This document shows positions 1-15,350 of a DNA stretch of 64,000 bases, piece after piece. The notes beneath the pieces were generated by a model. It was given only the letters and a program-made list of their open reading frames with translations. It was not told where the DNA came from and searched no databases. Positions within the stretch are counted from its first letter, which is position 1; the number at the start of each line of letters is the position of its first letter. Source of the DNA: Bugula neritina (lineage: Eukaryota > Animalia > Bryozoa); NCBI GenBank assembly GCA_964035545.1, contig CAXIUT010000078.1, positions 1-64,000 of the forward strand. Reading direction: 5' to 3'. The translations under genes were made by a program, and so were the position numbers.

Positions 1-111
1 CCCAACCCCAACCCCAAACCCCAACCCCAACCCCAACCCAACCCCAACCCCAACCCCAACCCCAACCCCAACCCCAACCCCAACCCCAACCCCAACCCCA
101 ACCCCAACCCC
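1..111 (+). repeat. Left telomere (CCCCAA)n
   Basis: About 18 copies of CCCCAA at the window start; C4A2 is the Tetrahymena-type ciliate telomere repeat. Confidence 0.97.
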
Positions 112-334
112 ATATCTTTTAATTATAAATATGCAATGATTAAAGAAGTAATATTGATCTAAAAGATCAGGTTGATAATCAGGTTAAATGTTTATTTAGC
201 AAGCTATTTGCGAAAATATTAGAATTAAGTTCGAGTTTAATTGTGCTACCTGAAAGCTGTTTATAATTCTGGTAATAATGAGATATTAATAGCATTGTTG
301 AGATTAAATTTTAATTCAATCAATAAATATATCT

Positions 335-2281
<1,947 letters not shown>

Positions 2282-2355
2282 TTTGCTAATGTTTATTTAA
2301 TCTAATAGTATTAATCAAATATTTTAATAATCTTAGAATTAAATAATAAAAAATA

Positions 2356-3779
2356 TTCAAACTTTAAATTGGTTTTTATATTGATATTTAAGATTTTGTA
2401 GGTTTTAATGTTTTATTTTTGTAGGAGAATTAGGTTGACCTAAATATTATCTTCTAGACTAAGATAGAAAAGAACTTGACAAGAAAGGAACTTATTTATA
2501 TGCTTCAACTTATTTTATTTTTCTTTTATTGATAAAACTTTGATTCTTTGTCTCTGATTTATTATTTAATTATCTTTTTCCAAAAGAAATTGATATGTTT
2601 CTAACTAAAATTAAAAATACCTAATTTTATTTCTACAAGCATTTAACTCTTTTGGATTGATAGTGATACCTTTTTTATTGTTAAAATTCATAAAATCTTT
2701 TTGATAAGAGGAAGAAAGAACTTTTTTTGAATTAGAACTTGTCATTATATGAGAATCTTTTGGTTTTTAAGCTGGTAAATAAGCATAACCTCCTTTGAGA
2801 TTTAAAAACTCACGATTATATGAAGATCTTGGCAATGGTTGAAGATGTTTACCTGTTGAGAAATAAGATGGTTCATGATTAAAACTTTTATAGGCAGTTT
2901 ATTCAGGCTTTTTAAACTATTATCTGTTTACTGAATTGTTTATTATAGGTGATTTTTTATGGAAAGGTCGATCAAAGGTTTTATTCATTATTTCTATGCT
3001 TTAATTAGCAATTGTTTTTCCTTTTCTATATTTGGGTTTTGATACTTTTGAAAAAAAATACTTCTTTAAGATCTAAATATTTATATAAATACCTCAGATT
3101 CAACAGAGTTTTATGCTATAAGTTTTTCTATCAGATTTATTTTTTTCGATGAAGGACCTACATTATGAGATTCAGGATTATTTTTTATCTTTAAAGATCT
3201 AACTGCTTTGATCAACTCGTTAATGCTAGGTTATGACCTCCAGTCACTTCTTTAGTTATAATTCATGCAAGTTTTAAGTCTTTTTTCAAGAGAATGATCA
3301 ATATTTTATTCAATATTTTAAAAGGATTATGTTAAGTTCTTTTCTTTATGTCTGATAGGGGTAGCAGGAAGTGATTTATTATGATTTAATTCTTCAGTGA
3401 CTTTGTTTTAATCAATACTATTGTTATTATTGGTCTATAAGAGTTAATTTTTAGGCGTGGAAGGTAAATCAAATTGAGAATATGTTCGATTTTTATTGTA
3501 AAATTTTGTTTAGGATAATTTTTCATCTCTAAAATTGTCTCTATATTATGTTTTTAGTCTACTCCGAACATAACTCTTAACTTTTGAGAGTTATTAATCA
3601 TCAGAATAAAGAGGAGTTAACCTTGAAGAACTAAGGGATTATTTATTTAGTTTGGAGATAGTCTATTTTTGAACCTTTTCTTTATAATTATTTCTATTTT
3701 TATAGATTACTCTAAGTGCTTCTGGTTTTTTTGTAGATTTCCGAAAAGGAGAAAAACTTTTTTTATTTATTTTATTCAT
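2356..3779 (-). CDS. Hypothetical Lys/Ser-rich protein (3' end approximate)
   Basis: Long TGA-poor frame from ATG 3779; candidate 20-nt introns at 3073-3092 and 2601-2620. Confidence 0.5.
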
Positions 3780-4041
3780 TATTAATCAATTAATTCTGAC
3801 TGATCCAAACCATTGAAATCAGCTTTAATATTCAAAGAAGAAATAATATAAAGTATAAATATAATTATTAATCTCTGAAAATATTCTAATAGTTTTATTA
3901 ATAAAATGTTATAATTGGATAATTAATATTATAAATAGTTGGTTTTCAAGACAGTATTTAGAATAATTAAAAGCAGCAAAATAATAATCCAAAATGTCTA
4001 ATAAGAAGATTGACTTGCATAAGATAAAAATATCATTAGAC

Positions 4042-4691
4042 TCACATACAATACTTCTTCATATATTAATAACTTGTTCTATATTCCTGTATTTAAAGAT
4101 AAAGTACCTCTAGAAAGTTAGGAGGAAGATTGATATTCATTTTGGGAGCATCTTCTCCTCGTTATTCTGCTTCTAAGAGAATTCTCTAAATAAATAAACA
4201 AATACAGCATATGCTTAACGTTATTTTTTTGTTCCTCCATTATGTTTCATTTTGATGTGTAGATTCATAGAGACAGGAGAACTATAAGCTTTATGACAAT
4301 TTTCATATGTACACTAATAAGTTAATCCACTTAATTTTGTTTAAGACTAGCCTGATGTTTGTTTTTTAATTTTGCTTTAAGCTTTTTTTTATAACTTAAG
4401 CGTTATTTATTTATTTTAAGGTCGAAAAGATTCTTCATCAGAAAGATGTTCTTTTTATTGATTTTAAAACTTTTGAATTTCTTTCTTTTGCTTTAAGTGT
4501 TAATTCTATAAAGTTAAATTTTCTATTTTAAATTTAAGAGAATCCCGGAGTTATTTAGCTTTACTTGAGTCAGAAGCTAGCTGTTAGTACTTTTGACTTA
4601 ATTCTTGGAATGCAAGTTGCCAGTTTATTGGATATTCCAAACTATTGTAAATGTAGATCATTCTTTATTATTATAAATGCAACGAACTCAT
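4042..4691 (-). CDS. C2H2 zinc-finger protein
   Basis: YECTYENCHKAYSSPVSMNLHIKMKHNGGTKKERE; introns 4186-4205 (20 nt) and 4087-4107 (21 nt); one apparent indel near 4500. Confidence 0.75.
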
Positions 4692-5053
4692 TAAAGCTCT
4701 TAATTTAATAGTTAAATCAATACAAATTCACTGATAACACTTGGATAAGAACTTTCAAGGAAGATAAGGTACAAATCAGTCAAAAATAAACACTTTACTC
4801 TCATTTTAACCTTAAACAGCAATTTCAATCGTTATTTATAAAATGTACTCATCTTGAAAGCTAGCAAGTAGTACTCTAGCTAAGTGTGTTTTCTTTTGAA
4901 AGTCTTGTTTTATTTTTATACTATTTCTGAAAAAAAATAATGATAACAATAATTATAGAATTGGAAATAAAATATAGAAAAGAAGTCAAACGAAATTAAT
5001 AACATACAATACTGATTGAATCAAATCAAATGTCCTTGATGATATAATCTTAA

Positions 5054-5764
5054 ATGAAAAAGTAATTGTCGAGTAAAGGAGTTGTAGATCCATCTTTGAA
5101 TAAGAAATATCCTCAGTGTGTAAATAAGAAGTAGGCAAGAATGGTTTGTCTTAATGAAGGCTGTCCTGATTATGCTTTCTTCTGTTTGCAGTGTGATGAT
5201 GAGTCTTGTTAACGTATCCATCGTCATGAAAATAAAGCTGACAAACTTGTTACTATGAGTTTTAAAGAATTCATTCGAAGAGTGCTTAGACCAAAAAAGC
5301 CCATTGAATAATTGTAAAATTCTGTAAATACTTATCGATAAACTCTTCAAAAGCTGCAATCAGATATTAACGAGTTTGTATAAAAATAATTGAAAAGTCT
5401 TGATGATATTGTTAAAAAAACTACTGAATACCCCTAAGATGTAGCTCCAACTATCAAAAAACTTAAATAAGACCAGTATTTAGGGTTATCTGGACAATAA
5501 ATGGACTATCTATGGAAAAACTGTGGAGAGACTAATAATAGTATTCAAATGCAACAAGAAACTGCTGAGTTTGTTCGTATCAAAGAAGAATAGTTAAAGG
5601 CTATCAGTGAACATTTTGAGAGTCTAAATAAAATGTAGATAGATAAAATAGAAGAAAATATTCAAAGTAATTCATTGAAAAATCCAGGATAGAGAAGTAT
5701 AGGTAACAAAGTGCCTTCAAGGACAAGTAATTCATCGGTTATTAGTGGTGGTAAGAAGATTTGA
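5054..5764 (+). CDS. Hypothetical protein with N-terminal Cys/His (B-box-like) cluster and coiled coil
   Basis: 237-codon frame; C-x8-C-x4-C-x5-C-x2-C-x4-C-x3-H-x-H near the N terminus. Confidence 0.65.
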
Positions 5765-5922
5765 TGATTATTTATCCCAAAATAATCTATAATAAGAGTA
5801 AATTATTGATAAATAAAAGTGAATTAGGATGTGAAATTAATAGTTTGGAATGAATATACGTGTTGATTAATATTAAATTGTCCTATTTAATTAGTTTAGA
5901 TTATTAAATCGCATCAATTGAG

Positions 5923-6544
5923 ATGGACGACTTCTTTACTTAAGGATAAAATATGGCTTAACCTGTTGTTGTTGAACCTCTACCACATAATTAAATGCCT
6001 GCGCAAGAAGAAGTTCTTGATTTTCAAGGATCATCCAATATCAACTCAAGTAAATCGATTTTGAAGCAGGTACCAACTAAATATCAGCTCTTGGATCAGC
6101 TAGCTTTAATTATGAACCTCAACCAAACCTTCAATATAACAATAACGATAATGAAAATGACTTTGATGATTTTGAAGAAGACTAAGTTACCAGAAAGATT
6201 CGAGAGGAAGAAGCTAAGGTTCAAAACGAACTACGATAAAAAAGTGTAAGTATATATTAATATAGTAAAAAGAATGGGATGAAAAGAAGAAAAAGAGAGA
6301 AGAAGGCAGTAAACAACTAGAGGAATTTAGAAATCGGAAAGAAGAGGAGAAAAAAGAAAGAGTTGAAGATAATCTAAAAAAAGAAGTAGAAATTAGGAAA
6401 TAACAGAGTAAAGGAAGCTAGCTAGAAGGATGGAAGAAGGTGGTGAGTAATATAAACGTGAAACAAGGAGAAAGAAAAGGAACTAAGGACATTAATCGTA
6501 TGAGATAAGCTATGCTTCATAAAAGATAAGATGATCTAAACTGA
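5923..6544 (+). CDS. CLC: Clathrin light chain
   Basis: Acidic N terminus MDDFF, charged helix, C-terminal WKKVVSNI...KDINRMREAM matching the CLC signature; 20-nt intron 6246-6265; small indel errors. Confidence 0.75.
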
Positions 6545-6783
6545 GCATTCATTCTATTTACTATCATTTAAATAAATCTTTTCACAATAAGACTCAACTA
6601 TTTGAGATAAATTATTTCTAATTGATTCAAGATCTTATTTTGAATTTTAAAAGTCTATTTTCAAAGAATATTTTATGCCCATTGTAACGATTGTTTAAGA
6701 TATGGAAATATAAGACAACTTTCTGTATGATTTTTATTGATTGAGATATTAAATAAATTGGTTGTAGTCACCATTTGATAAAT

Positions 6784-7854
6784 ATGAATATCGCCAGGAA
6801 ACTCGTCTTATCAACCTTTGCAGTTGGTGTGGCTTACGGACAGGCTGAAAACCAAGAACAGTGTTTCATCTACAGAGATGACATTGGAGCCCATTGGGGT
6901 ATCAAAGGTTATGAAGAACAAGTCACATAAGTTGGAACTCATCATGGACATCTCTCATGGCCTCAATTCAGAGCCTGGGGCACATTCGATTCAGGAAGCG
7001 TTCGAAGAGGTAATAATCTTTTCTTTTTCCCAAAGGAAAATTCTATTTTTTTGTTTAACATATTGTAGGTTTCCAAGTCTTTTCGAAAAATTGTGCTAAC
7101 TGTCACGGTATTATGGGAAAGAAGTATGATTTGTTGTTGGATAAAGTATACGAACAAATTGAGTTATCTACTTGGGTTGCTGAACATTTTACTATCCATC
7201 CAGCACATCATCACTACAAACAATTTTACTATCAAGAATGGGATGAAAGAGATAGGTATCATATCAATAAAGTAGATATATTCACGACCACATCTATGCG
7301 CCATATTTTTCACAGGATCAAGGAAAAAATGCCAACGGAGGAGTCTGGCCTGTTGACTTCACCAAGATTAGAATGAGACCTGGAGGAATCAATTATATCT
7401 ACAATATTCAAACTGGCTATCACTTCAAACCTCCATTTGGTTTAGAAGTACCCAGAGGAAAACACTACAACCCGTACTTGTTTTTGAATTTAGTTACTTT
7501 GATCATATGATTATTGGTATGCCTAGGCAACTAGTTGATGGACTCATTGACTATGAAGATGGAACTCCCGCATCTACTCCTCAGATGTCTAATGATGTTG
7601 CAAATTTCATCTTCTTTTTGCAGAGAAGATCTGGATGGAGAAGAAACGATAAAAAGGTTAGACAAACTATGGTTTTCTTTGGACTATTGATGCTTCTTCC
7701 AATTAGTTACTTGAAGACCTACGCATACTATAGAAGTCTGCTCTGTACCAGAACCGAAACCTATGCAGTTAGAGATGGACTTGGATATAAACATTGGAAA
7801 ACAGGAATGAGATCGATTAAGGCTCCCCATTATAGAGGAGCTTATTGGAATTGA
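6784..7854 (+). CDS. CYC1: Cytochrome c1 (complex III)
   Basis: SVRRGFQVF, heme motif CANCH, NPYF..IGMP, DYEDGTPASTPQM, C-terminal TM helix; introns 7010-7068, 7256-7275, 7474-7493. Confidence 0.93.
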
Positions 7855-8106
7855 TTGTTCATTAATCACCTACCAATATCATCAATACTACTCTGACAAG
7901 ACGTCAGCAATTATCATTTATCAACAAAAAAAATAAACTTATTATTAAAAAGTCACTACATCCCTATGAAATCGTAGTAACTGTTCGATTTGAAGTTTGG
8001 AAGGTAGTTTAGAAGTGAAAAACTTGTGAGAATATAACTTTTGAATTCTGGAGGTTAATGATATATTTATTTGAGCATTTCGGTGTTATTTATAGAGCAT
8101 CAACTA

Positions 8107-8779
8107 ATGGAGGTACATTAATTAAATGTAGCCAGCCAAAGCAGTTGCTGAGTTCAAGGTAGTCTTGATCGGAGATGGAGGAGTCGGCAAGACAACCTTC
8201 GTCAAGAGACATATCACCGGAGAGTTTGAAAAGAAGTATATCGCCACCCAAGGAGTTGAAGTGAGCTCCATTACCTTTTACACCAACCATGGTCCAATCA
8301 AACTGGCCCTCTGGGATACTGCCGGACAGGAAAAACTCGGAGGTTTGCGTGAAGGATACTATATTGGAGCTCATGCATCCATCATTATGTTCGATGTTAC
8401 CACCAGAATCACCTATAAAAACGTACCTAAGTGGTATAAGGACCTAACCAGAATCTGTGACAACATTCCCATTGTGTTAGTGGGTAACAAGGTCGACCAA
8501 AAAGACAGAAAAGTCAAGGCCCGCCAAATCACTTTCCATCGTAAGCGCAATTTGCAATACTTCGACATCTCTGCTAAGTCCAACTACCAGTATGAAAAGC
8601 CTTTCCTTTGGATTCTAAGAACCCTCACTGGTGATCCTAACCTCTACTTGGTTGAAGCTCTTGCTCTTAAACCTCAAGACATTCAAATGGAACAATATCA
8701 AATTGAAGAACTGGCTAAAGAGTGGGTTGCAGCTGAACAAGCTCCTCTTCCTGATGAAGAAGATGAGGACTTCAAATGA
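8107..8779 (+). CDS. RAN: Ran GTPase
   Basis: [19 protein letters not shown], acidic tail DEEDEDF; 19-nt intron 8113-8131 after codon 2. Confidence 0.97.
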
Positions 8780-8843
8780 TCGATGCCTTCAACATATTCT
8801 TATTCTTCAATATTATCATCCTAGATCATAATTAATACAATAA

Positions 8844-9983
8844 TCATTTTGCATATCGCTCTCTATATCTAAAGTTACTTTGCAATTTGACTTATTTGAG
8901 AGTCTAAAGGATTAGTTAATGCTTCCTCTTATCTTTTTTTGCTTAATAAGATTTCTACATAACTTTATCTCCTTCTTGCATTGAAAGTTCATGGAAAAAC
9001 GCTTTTCTAGATAATTTTTATTCAAGCTGCCTTGAATAAATCTATGAGAAGGAGTTTTTGTTTTGTATAGTTTTCTTTTTTTGATCTAGTATTTAACTTT
9101 TATTAGTAAATTTATCATTAACAGAAAATTGCCTTCTTTTTTCCTAGATTTTCTTTTTATTTTTTGCCATTTATTATTGATTTTTTTTAACATTCTTTAA
9201 CATTTTTTCTTATCGAATATGCTAAATAACAATGAATTTACTCTTTTGGAATCAATAATATTAAGTCTTTGTACATATTAATTCAAATTTTTAACATCTT
9301 TTTTCGTTTAAATCAAACTCTTTTTCTTTTGTTTTGCCCTTATTTCATCATTACTCACTTTAAAAACGTGTGGATTACTCTTTTTACGTGTTTAAATTAA
9401 ATTAAAAGTCTCTGCCTGTGTACTTTGATTCATTGGATATCGACTTTTTGTTACAAATTTTGAATATGATGTTGTTTTGGAAGATGGACGTCGTTATTAT
9501 TTATTGATTAGGTACTTCTCAGACTCTTTACAATATTTTTGAGACTGTCTAAAAGCATCTTCAATAAGACTTTTTTCCATTGATTTTATTCTAGATAAAG
9601 TTGTTTATCTGAATTTTTATCTGCTTTGAGATCTACTCTGTTTAAGATCTTTTATTTGCATTATTTTTTTTTGAGAAAGTCTTTGTTTTTATTAGATTTT
9701 AGATCTGAGTTCATCTCTTTGACTTTACTCTTAGTTTTAAATAGTGATCAATTTTTATTTCGCTCTAAACATCTTTAAATTTTTTACTCTTAGATTTCTT
9801 TTTACAGCTAAATTAGAGGTCAATTACCTTGAACTTATTTTTCTATTTTGGATGTCAACTCGTTCATTTAATCAAGTAGAAGGGTCTAAGAAACTTGCTA
9901 GCTTTATATATACAAGATTCAGTGTTTAAACGCTTTGCGTAGAAGCGTTGATGCTTTGGAGCTGTTTTTGGTGATCTTAACAT
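8844..9983 (-). CDS. Hypothetical Lys-rich protein (3' end approximate)
   Basis: ATG at 9983, long coding-like frame, candidate 20-nt intron 9808-9827. Confidence 0.5.
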
Positions 9984-10050
9984 TTATTAGTCCCTTATTA
10001 AAATATATATCATAAATTACTATCAATTTTTATTTATATCATAAAGAAAC

Positions 10051-10200
10051 GGGGGGTTGGGGTTGGGGTTGGGGGTTGGGGTTGGGGTTGGGGTTGGGGT
10101 TGGGCGTTGGGGTTGGGGTTGGGGGTTGGGGTTTGGGGGGGTTGGGGTTGGGGTTGGGGTTGGGGTTGGGGTTGGGGTTGGGGTTGGGGTTGGGGTTGGG
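10051..10200 (+). repeat. Internal (GGGGTT)n telomeric tract 1
   Basis: 150 nt of G4T2 with a few variant units, between divergent genes. Confidence 0.97.
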
Positions 10201-10259
10201 CTTTAGATGTAATTTTCAAATATAATTTAGTTTATTTTAATGAATTTAATAATAAAAAA

Positions 10260-10908
10260 ATGAGATCAAATGAAGGAAGTATAAAAAAGTTGATAAGAGT
10301 TCATTTAAATATAATAAAAAAAGATAGTTAGCCTATTAAAAAGATCGAAAAAAGTGTTAAAAAATACATTTAGATAAGGATGCAAAAGGAAAGTAACTTT
10401 TAAATCACCTTAATTCATGATAAGAGGCAATCTTAAAGAAAACAAATAAAATGGTAGACCCAATTCAATAGAAGATAGTCTTTATCGTAAAAAATCAAAA
10501 ATAAATAATAATGAACTCACCCAATGCATATCTCAAAAGAATCTTATGGAAACATTGCCTATACCTCTAACTTTAAAATAAATAAAAAACGTTGAAAATA
10601 CAAAATAGATGGAGAGTAAATTAAAGAGGATTAAAAGTGAACAATCAATAGTTCTTAACAGTAATTATTAATCTTTGAAAAAGAAGAATAATCGACATAA
10701 AATTATGGTTAAAAATCCATTTTTCTATGAAAGTAAATAAAAAAAACAAAAAAGAAGATTTATTGGAATCATCTCAAATCCTAAAAAATTAGAGTAAAAT
10801 CAGTATAAGTGATAAACAGGATTTGATAAATCTTCTTTCTCAAATGTGATTTTCATCCCTTAGAGTTCTTATTATTTTGTAGAGTTAAAAATATAATTTT
10901 CAGATTGA
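10260..10908 (+). CDS. Hypothetical protein
   Basis: ATG 59 nt after the tract; coding-like frame under UAR=Glu; no recognisable domain. Confidence 0.4.
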
Positions 10909-11011
10909 TATTAGCTATAAGTCACTAAAAAGAATAATACTTCTTTTTTTATATTTATTTCAGGTATTAATGATTATAATTTTTGATTATTTAAACTTAG
11001 ATATATTTTTC

Positions 11012-11449
11012 ATGAGTAATTAAGAACATCAAGAGAATATCGAGGCAGAAACATCATATCCTCAAGTTAATATTCTATAACCAAAAGATAAAATGAAAGC
11101 TATTTACAGTAACGCATTAAAAAATGAGCCTGTATCCAGATATCTTTATCTTGAAGATAGATAGGTCCAAAACGACAATTCAAAAAAAGTGAATCCTCGA
11201 AGGAAATCTTTTTGTTTTGGATAGAATAAAGATAAAAATACAGATAAAAAGGAAGAATAAGGGGATAATCCATTTATTCGAGCTAGAAAAAGTTTAATGG
11301 AAAAGTAAAAATTAAAATAAGCTTACAAAGAATCTGAATAACCAGGCAAAAGATAAGAAAAATATTATTAGGAATAAGAAGTGACTTTTAAAGCTGTTAG
11401 GTAAGGACGAAGTTCAAAAAAAATAGAGGAAAGTAAACTAGATAAATGA
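11012..11449 (+). CDS. Hypothetical protein
   Basis: ATG...TGA frame of about 146 codons, charged composition. Confidence 0.5.
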
Positions 11450-11559
11450 TCTAACTAAACTATTCGTCTATCTTTATTTTCATCAAACAAAATGTAAAAT
11501 GAATAAAGAATTATAATTACTTTATTTGAGTTTCATAAAGATCACAAAGTATTCAACTA

Positions 11560-12530
11560 ATAATTTTATCAGATGTTGAAACTATATTTAGGTACTATCT
11601 AACGCTTGTTTTAGTTTTGATAGAGGTTTAGTTATTTCTTTCACTTGTTTTGAATCTTGGTTAAGTTGAATCAAAAAATTGATATTTAGTTTTTTTTCTT
11701 ATTTTTTTAAGATTATGTCATTTTTGAAACTAAAGGTAGTTTTTTGATGGTTTAATTTGTTGGATAGAAATTATAAAGATGATGAACTTTAGGTTTTTTA
11801 TAATTTTTAGATAATAATGATTGAATATTTCGTTTAGATTAATTTTATTTAAAATGTTTTTTTGCATTTAAATTTAATTTTGATAAGGAAATTGAGTGTT
11901 TTTTGTTTTAGTTTTATGATTTAGAATAACTTTGATTTTAGGTAAGAAGTTATCTGTAGTTATTCATTAGTTTTTTTTATTTTGTGAGTTGATTTAATGA
12001 TTTTTATAGAAAGACAGGTTTTTATTCTTGAAAGTCTATTCCAAATTTATTTCTTTTGTCAGGAATTGAAGGTAGTGTACTCTTATTGATATTTATTATA
12101 TTTTAATTATGGTTTATTATCTTAGAGGGGCTGATATTTTTTTATATTTTTGATTTTTGTGTGAGTTAATAATCTCCTGGTGATGGTGTTTTTATTCCTG
12201 AACAGCTTAAAAACGACTGCGATTACTTTTAAAAATATAGCTTTGATTCTTAGTTTGATACTAGCTAGTTTGATCTAAAGTCCTTTCTTGATTTTTATCT
12301 TTATTTTCTATCAATTATTATTTTTCCTATATTGGAAGACGATGATTAATTTCCAACATTTGGTTTATTTGGAAATCTTGGGCATTTGCTTATGAAGGGG
12401 GACATAGTTTTGTTTGATTGTACTATCTTAGAAAACCTTACTTTTATCATTTACATTCTGAAATATTTGACTTGTTTCCATCAGAAGAATCTAATTAATA
12501 TTCTTCTATCAATATTATCAATCTAGTCAT
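11560..12530 (-). CDS. Hypothetical low-complexity protein (SHIPPO/ODF3-like PSPGDY motif); ends uncertain
   Basis: Minus-strand peptides SPFISKCPRF and KTPSPGDY. Confidence 0.35.
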
Positions 12531-13189
12531 AGAAATTTTAATAGTAATAGTTATTAAAATAAATCACTAAATAAAAAACATCTCTTCAAGTTTTTAAAGA
12601 AAATAACGAAGCTTTTAAAGAGTTTATTTAGATGTTATTAAACTTGTTTTCAGTTTTATATAATATTTAAAATAATTCTATAAATGGATGTGCACCAACC
12701 AACAGAAAAAGAACAATAAGACCATATGGTAGAGATGAAAAAGATAAGGGATAGCCTGAAGTTGAAGAAGAATCAAAAGTAAAAAATCTTCATAAGTTAT
12801 CAATAAAACTGTCTCCTTTAATAACATTACTTCTCTTGAAAAAATGACTAACAATCAAGATACTAAATAGAATAAAAAGATAGCAACATCAACAAAAATA
12901 GTTAAAGGGAATCGAAGAGACAGCTCTAATCCCTTTCAAGATATTGTAGTTAAATAAGAGAGACATAAATTTAATATTTAAGTTATGGACTATGTTAAAA
13001 AAGAACATTTTGAACCCATCTGATTCTGTATTCTAACTATGATAAAATATAAATGACTTTATCGAAAAATATTAAATGATAAATCATGTTTAAAACAAAT
13101 AATTTGCAATTTAATTCTTTTCAAGTTTAGTATCACTGTATAATATTAAATTTGATGTGAAATTTCAATTATTTTGAATGAATAGTAGA

Positions 13190-13621
13190 ATAAAAAATTA
13201 AGAAATATCAAACAAATCAATAATCAATACTTTTTCAACTGTTCCATCTCTGTCCTTCAAGCAGTCTAAACATTTTAGAAGGAAAATAACCTACTTTTTA
13301 TGAAAATTTTACTTAGACAAATTATCCAATAGCTGTCCTTACTCCCACTAATTGTCCCTTTTTAAGATAAAAATAGTCTCCCTTAATAGCAAATACATCA
13401 TCTAACACTTCAGCCTGCTCCTGGACAACAGTTTAGTTACTATAAAAGTCAACTCCATTGATATAAAATGTCTTTTTCTTTGCTTAAGTTGAAGTCTTCT
13501 CTTTTTTATTGATGGAATCATCAATTGACTACCAAACCAAACGATCAGAGGTTCGAGAGCGAACATTGAAGTTGTCAAGAGGTGATTGTTGCTACCTTGT
13601 ACTTGACTTACGTAAACTCAT
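13190..13621 (-). CDS. Small SH3-like domain protein (3' end approximate)
   Basis: AEVLDDVFAIKGDYFYLKKGQLVGV...KVGYFPSKCL resembles an SH3 fold; needs indel correction. Confidence 0.45.
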
Positions 13622-13658
13622 TTATTTAATATATAAATAATGAAGATATTTGTCACTA

Positions 13659-14843
13659 TCATTATGAAGTCAGGTATTTACTCCATCCTTTTCTACCATT
13701 GCAACCAATATTATTAGGCCAAGATACTTCATCAATAAAAGCTTTTTATTTTCCATTTATAAAGCTTTTTAAAGCTTGATTGATTTATGTTCCACTGGTG
13801 CAAGGAATTTTATAATTTTAGCTAGCAACATAGTCATTATTTTGTAGAAAATCCATGCTGAACACATGAAACTGACCAAGCCCCGATGTTATCAACTGAT
13901 GTCAAGTTTTTGATTGCTTCATTTATTTGAGATCGATATTTTTCTATATATGCTATTTCAGTATCATTGCAGTTGTCCAAGAAGCTGGTACTGCTCTACC
14001 CATACATTTGAATTGTAATATATCTTTTAAGCCCCATTAATCGTATTGAGATTGAAGTACAAAGGTTTTAGGCTTTATAAATTAATATAGATTTCCTGAC
14101 TGGAACATTGCTTCTGCTAAGGATACTTTTAGACACATTATTTCAGAGGCATTGGTGTTTCAGCATTAGATATCGAAAAGGCAGCAATTGTGTAATCTTA
14201 CATGGTTTTATTGTTGTACATATTAGGAAAATCTGTAATAAAAGTGCCACTATCAGAATAATAAGTACTCCTTCTGGATGAGTTGAGTGGTCATAGACAT
14301 AGTTAGACCAGATAAAAGATGCAACTCCTCCTGCTGAAGTACCTGTGATAACTATTTTTGTTGACTGGAATAGATTATAGTTCTTATCAAGATATTAAAA
14401 GTGTTTTAAAGTATTGTTTGCTCCTCGGAAATAGAGATCTTTTTATTTGTAGTTTATTGGCTATAGTTTTGATCCTTGATGAAGACTTCCGTCACAGTAT
14501 GGAACAAAAACTCTATTCCAATTGAAAAATGGATTGTTTCTTGGTTGGAAGATAAATAGCTCAGGAAGTCAAAAGACATTGTATCTGGATAGTCTTGCTG
14601 CTTCCAAGTTTTTCCTAGAGATCTTTTATAGCAGTCCTAAATAGTTTATGCCAGGCCGTCTCCTTTACAAAGTCCTCCTCCTTCAAAGTAGATGACAAAT
14701 TTATCTGTTTCTGAACCTGAGAGGAAATATAGACCTGCTGGAGAGCCATCAATGCACTTAGCTTCATCTCCTGGGTGCTTATAAAGAACGAATTATTCTG
14801 AAATAGTAAGTATTAGAAGAGAAACAAAGATGAGAAGCTTCAT
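13659..14843 (-). CDS. Secreted pectinacetylesterase/Notum-family hydrolase
   Basis: Signal peptide, KCIDGSPAG, FEGGGLC, NWNRVFVPYCDG, YFRG, nucleophile motif GTSAGG, terminal WPNNIGC; a few indels. Confidence 0.88.
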
Positions 14844-15350
14844 GGTATATGTAGATTAATTATTCAATAATGTTTTAATCAATTCTTATTTGTAAAATTT
14901 AAAACGATTGAATTTGATATTTTTTGTGGTTTAGAAATAAAGTTAGTGTTCTTTTTTACTTCTCTAATTGTTGTAAAAGATAAGTATTTTTTCAGGTTCC
15001 TATTTTATTGAAATCACACAAGTGGTTTGATTTTTTCAAAAGTTGATTTTTATTATTGTTAATCTAAGAAATACACAGGTGAATTTATCATTTAATTAGT
15101 TATCATGGAAAACATAAAGAAGTTTTATTCGATAAGAAGATTTTTTAAATCTCGAAAACAAGGATTTTTAATATAAAAATTTAAGCTTAAAAGCATATTT
15201 AATCAAAGAATGGATATTTTGCAATATTTTAATCCATTTTCTTGGGGGAAAGAACCCAGATTCTGTCAGAATTTAATTTATTTGAGTATAAAATGAAACT
15301 GTTTTAAGATATTATAATTAATTAGGTCTTTAAACACTATTAAAGTTTAA

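Noticed and set aside
10034-10331. ORF-track proteins with (PQ)n and (WG)n repeats
   Set aside because: These are translations of the G4T2 telomeric tract, not genes
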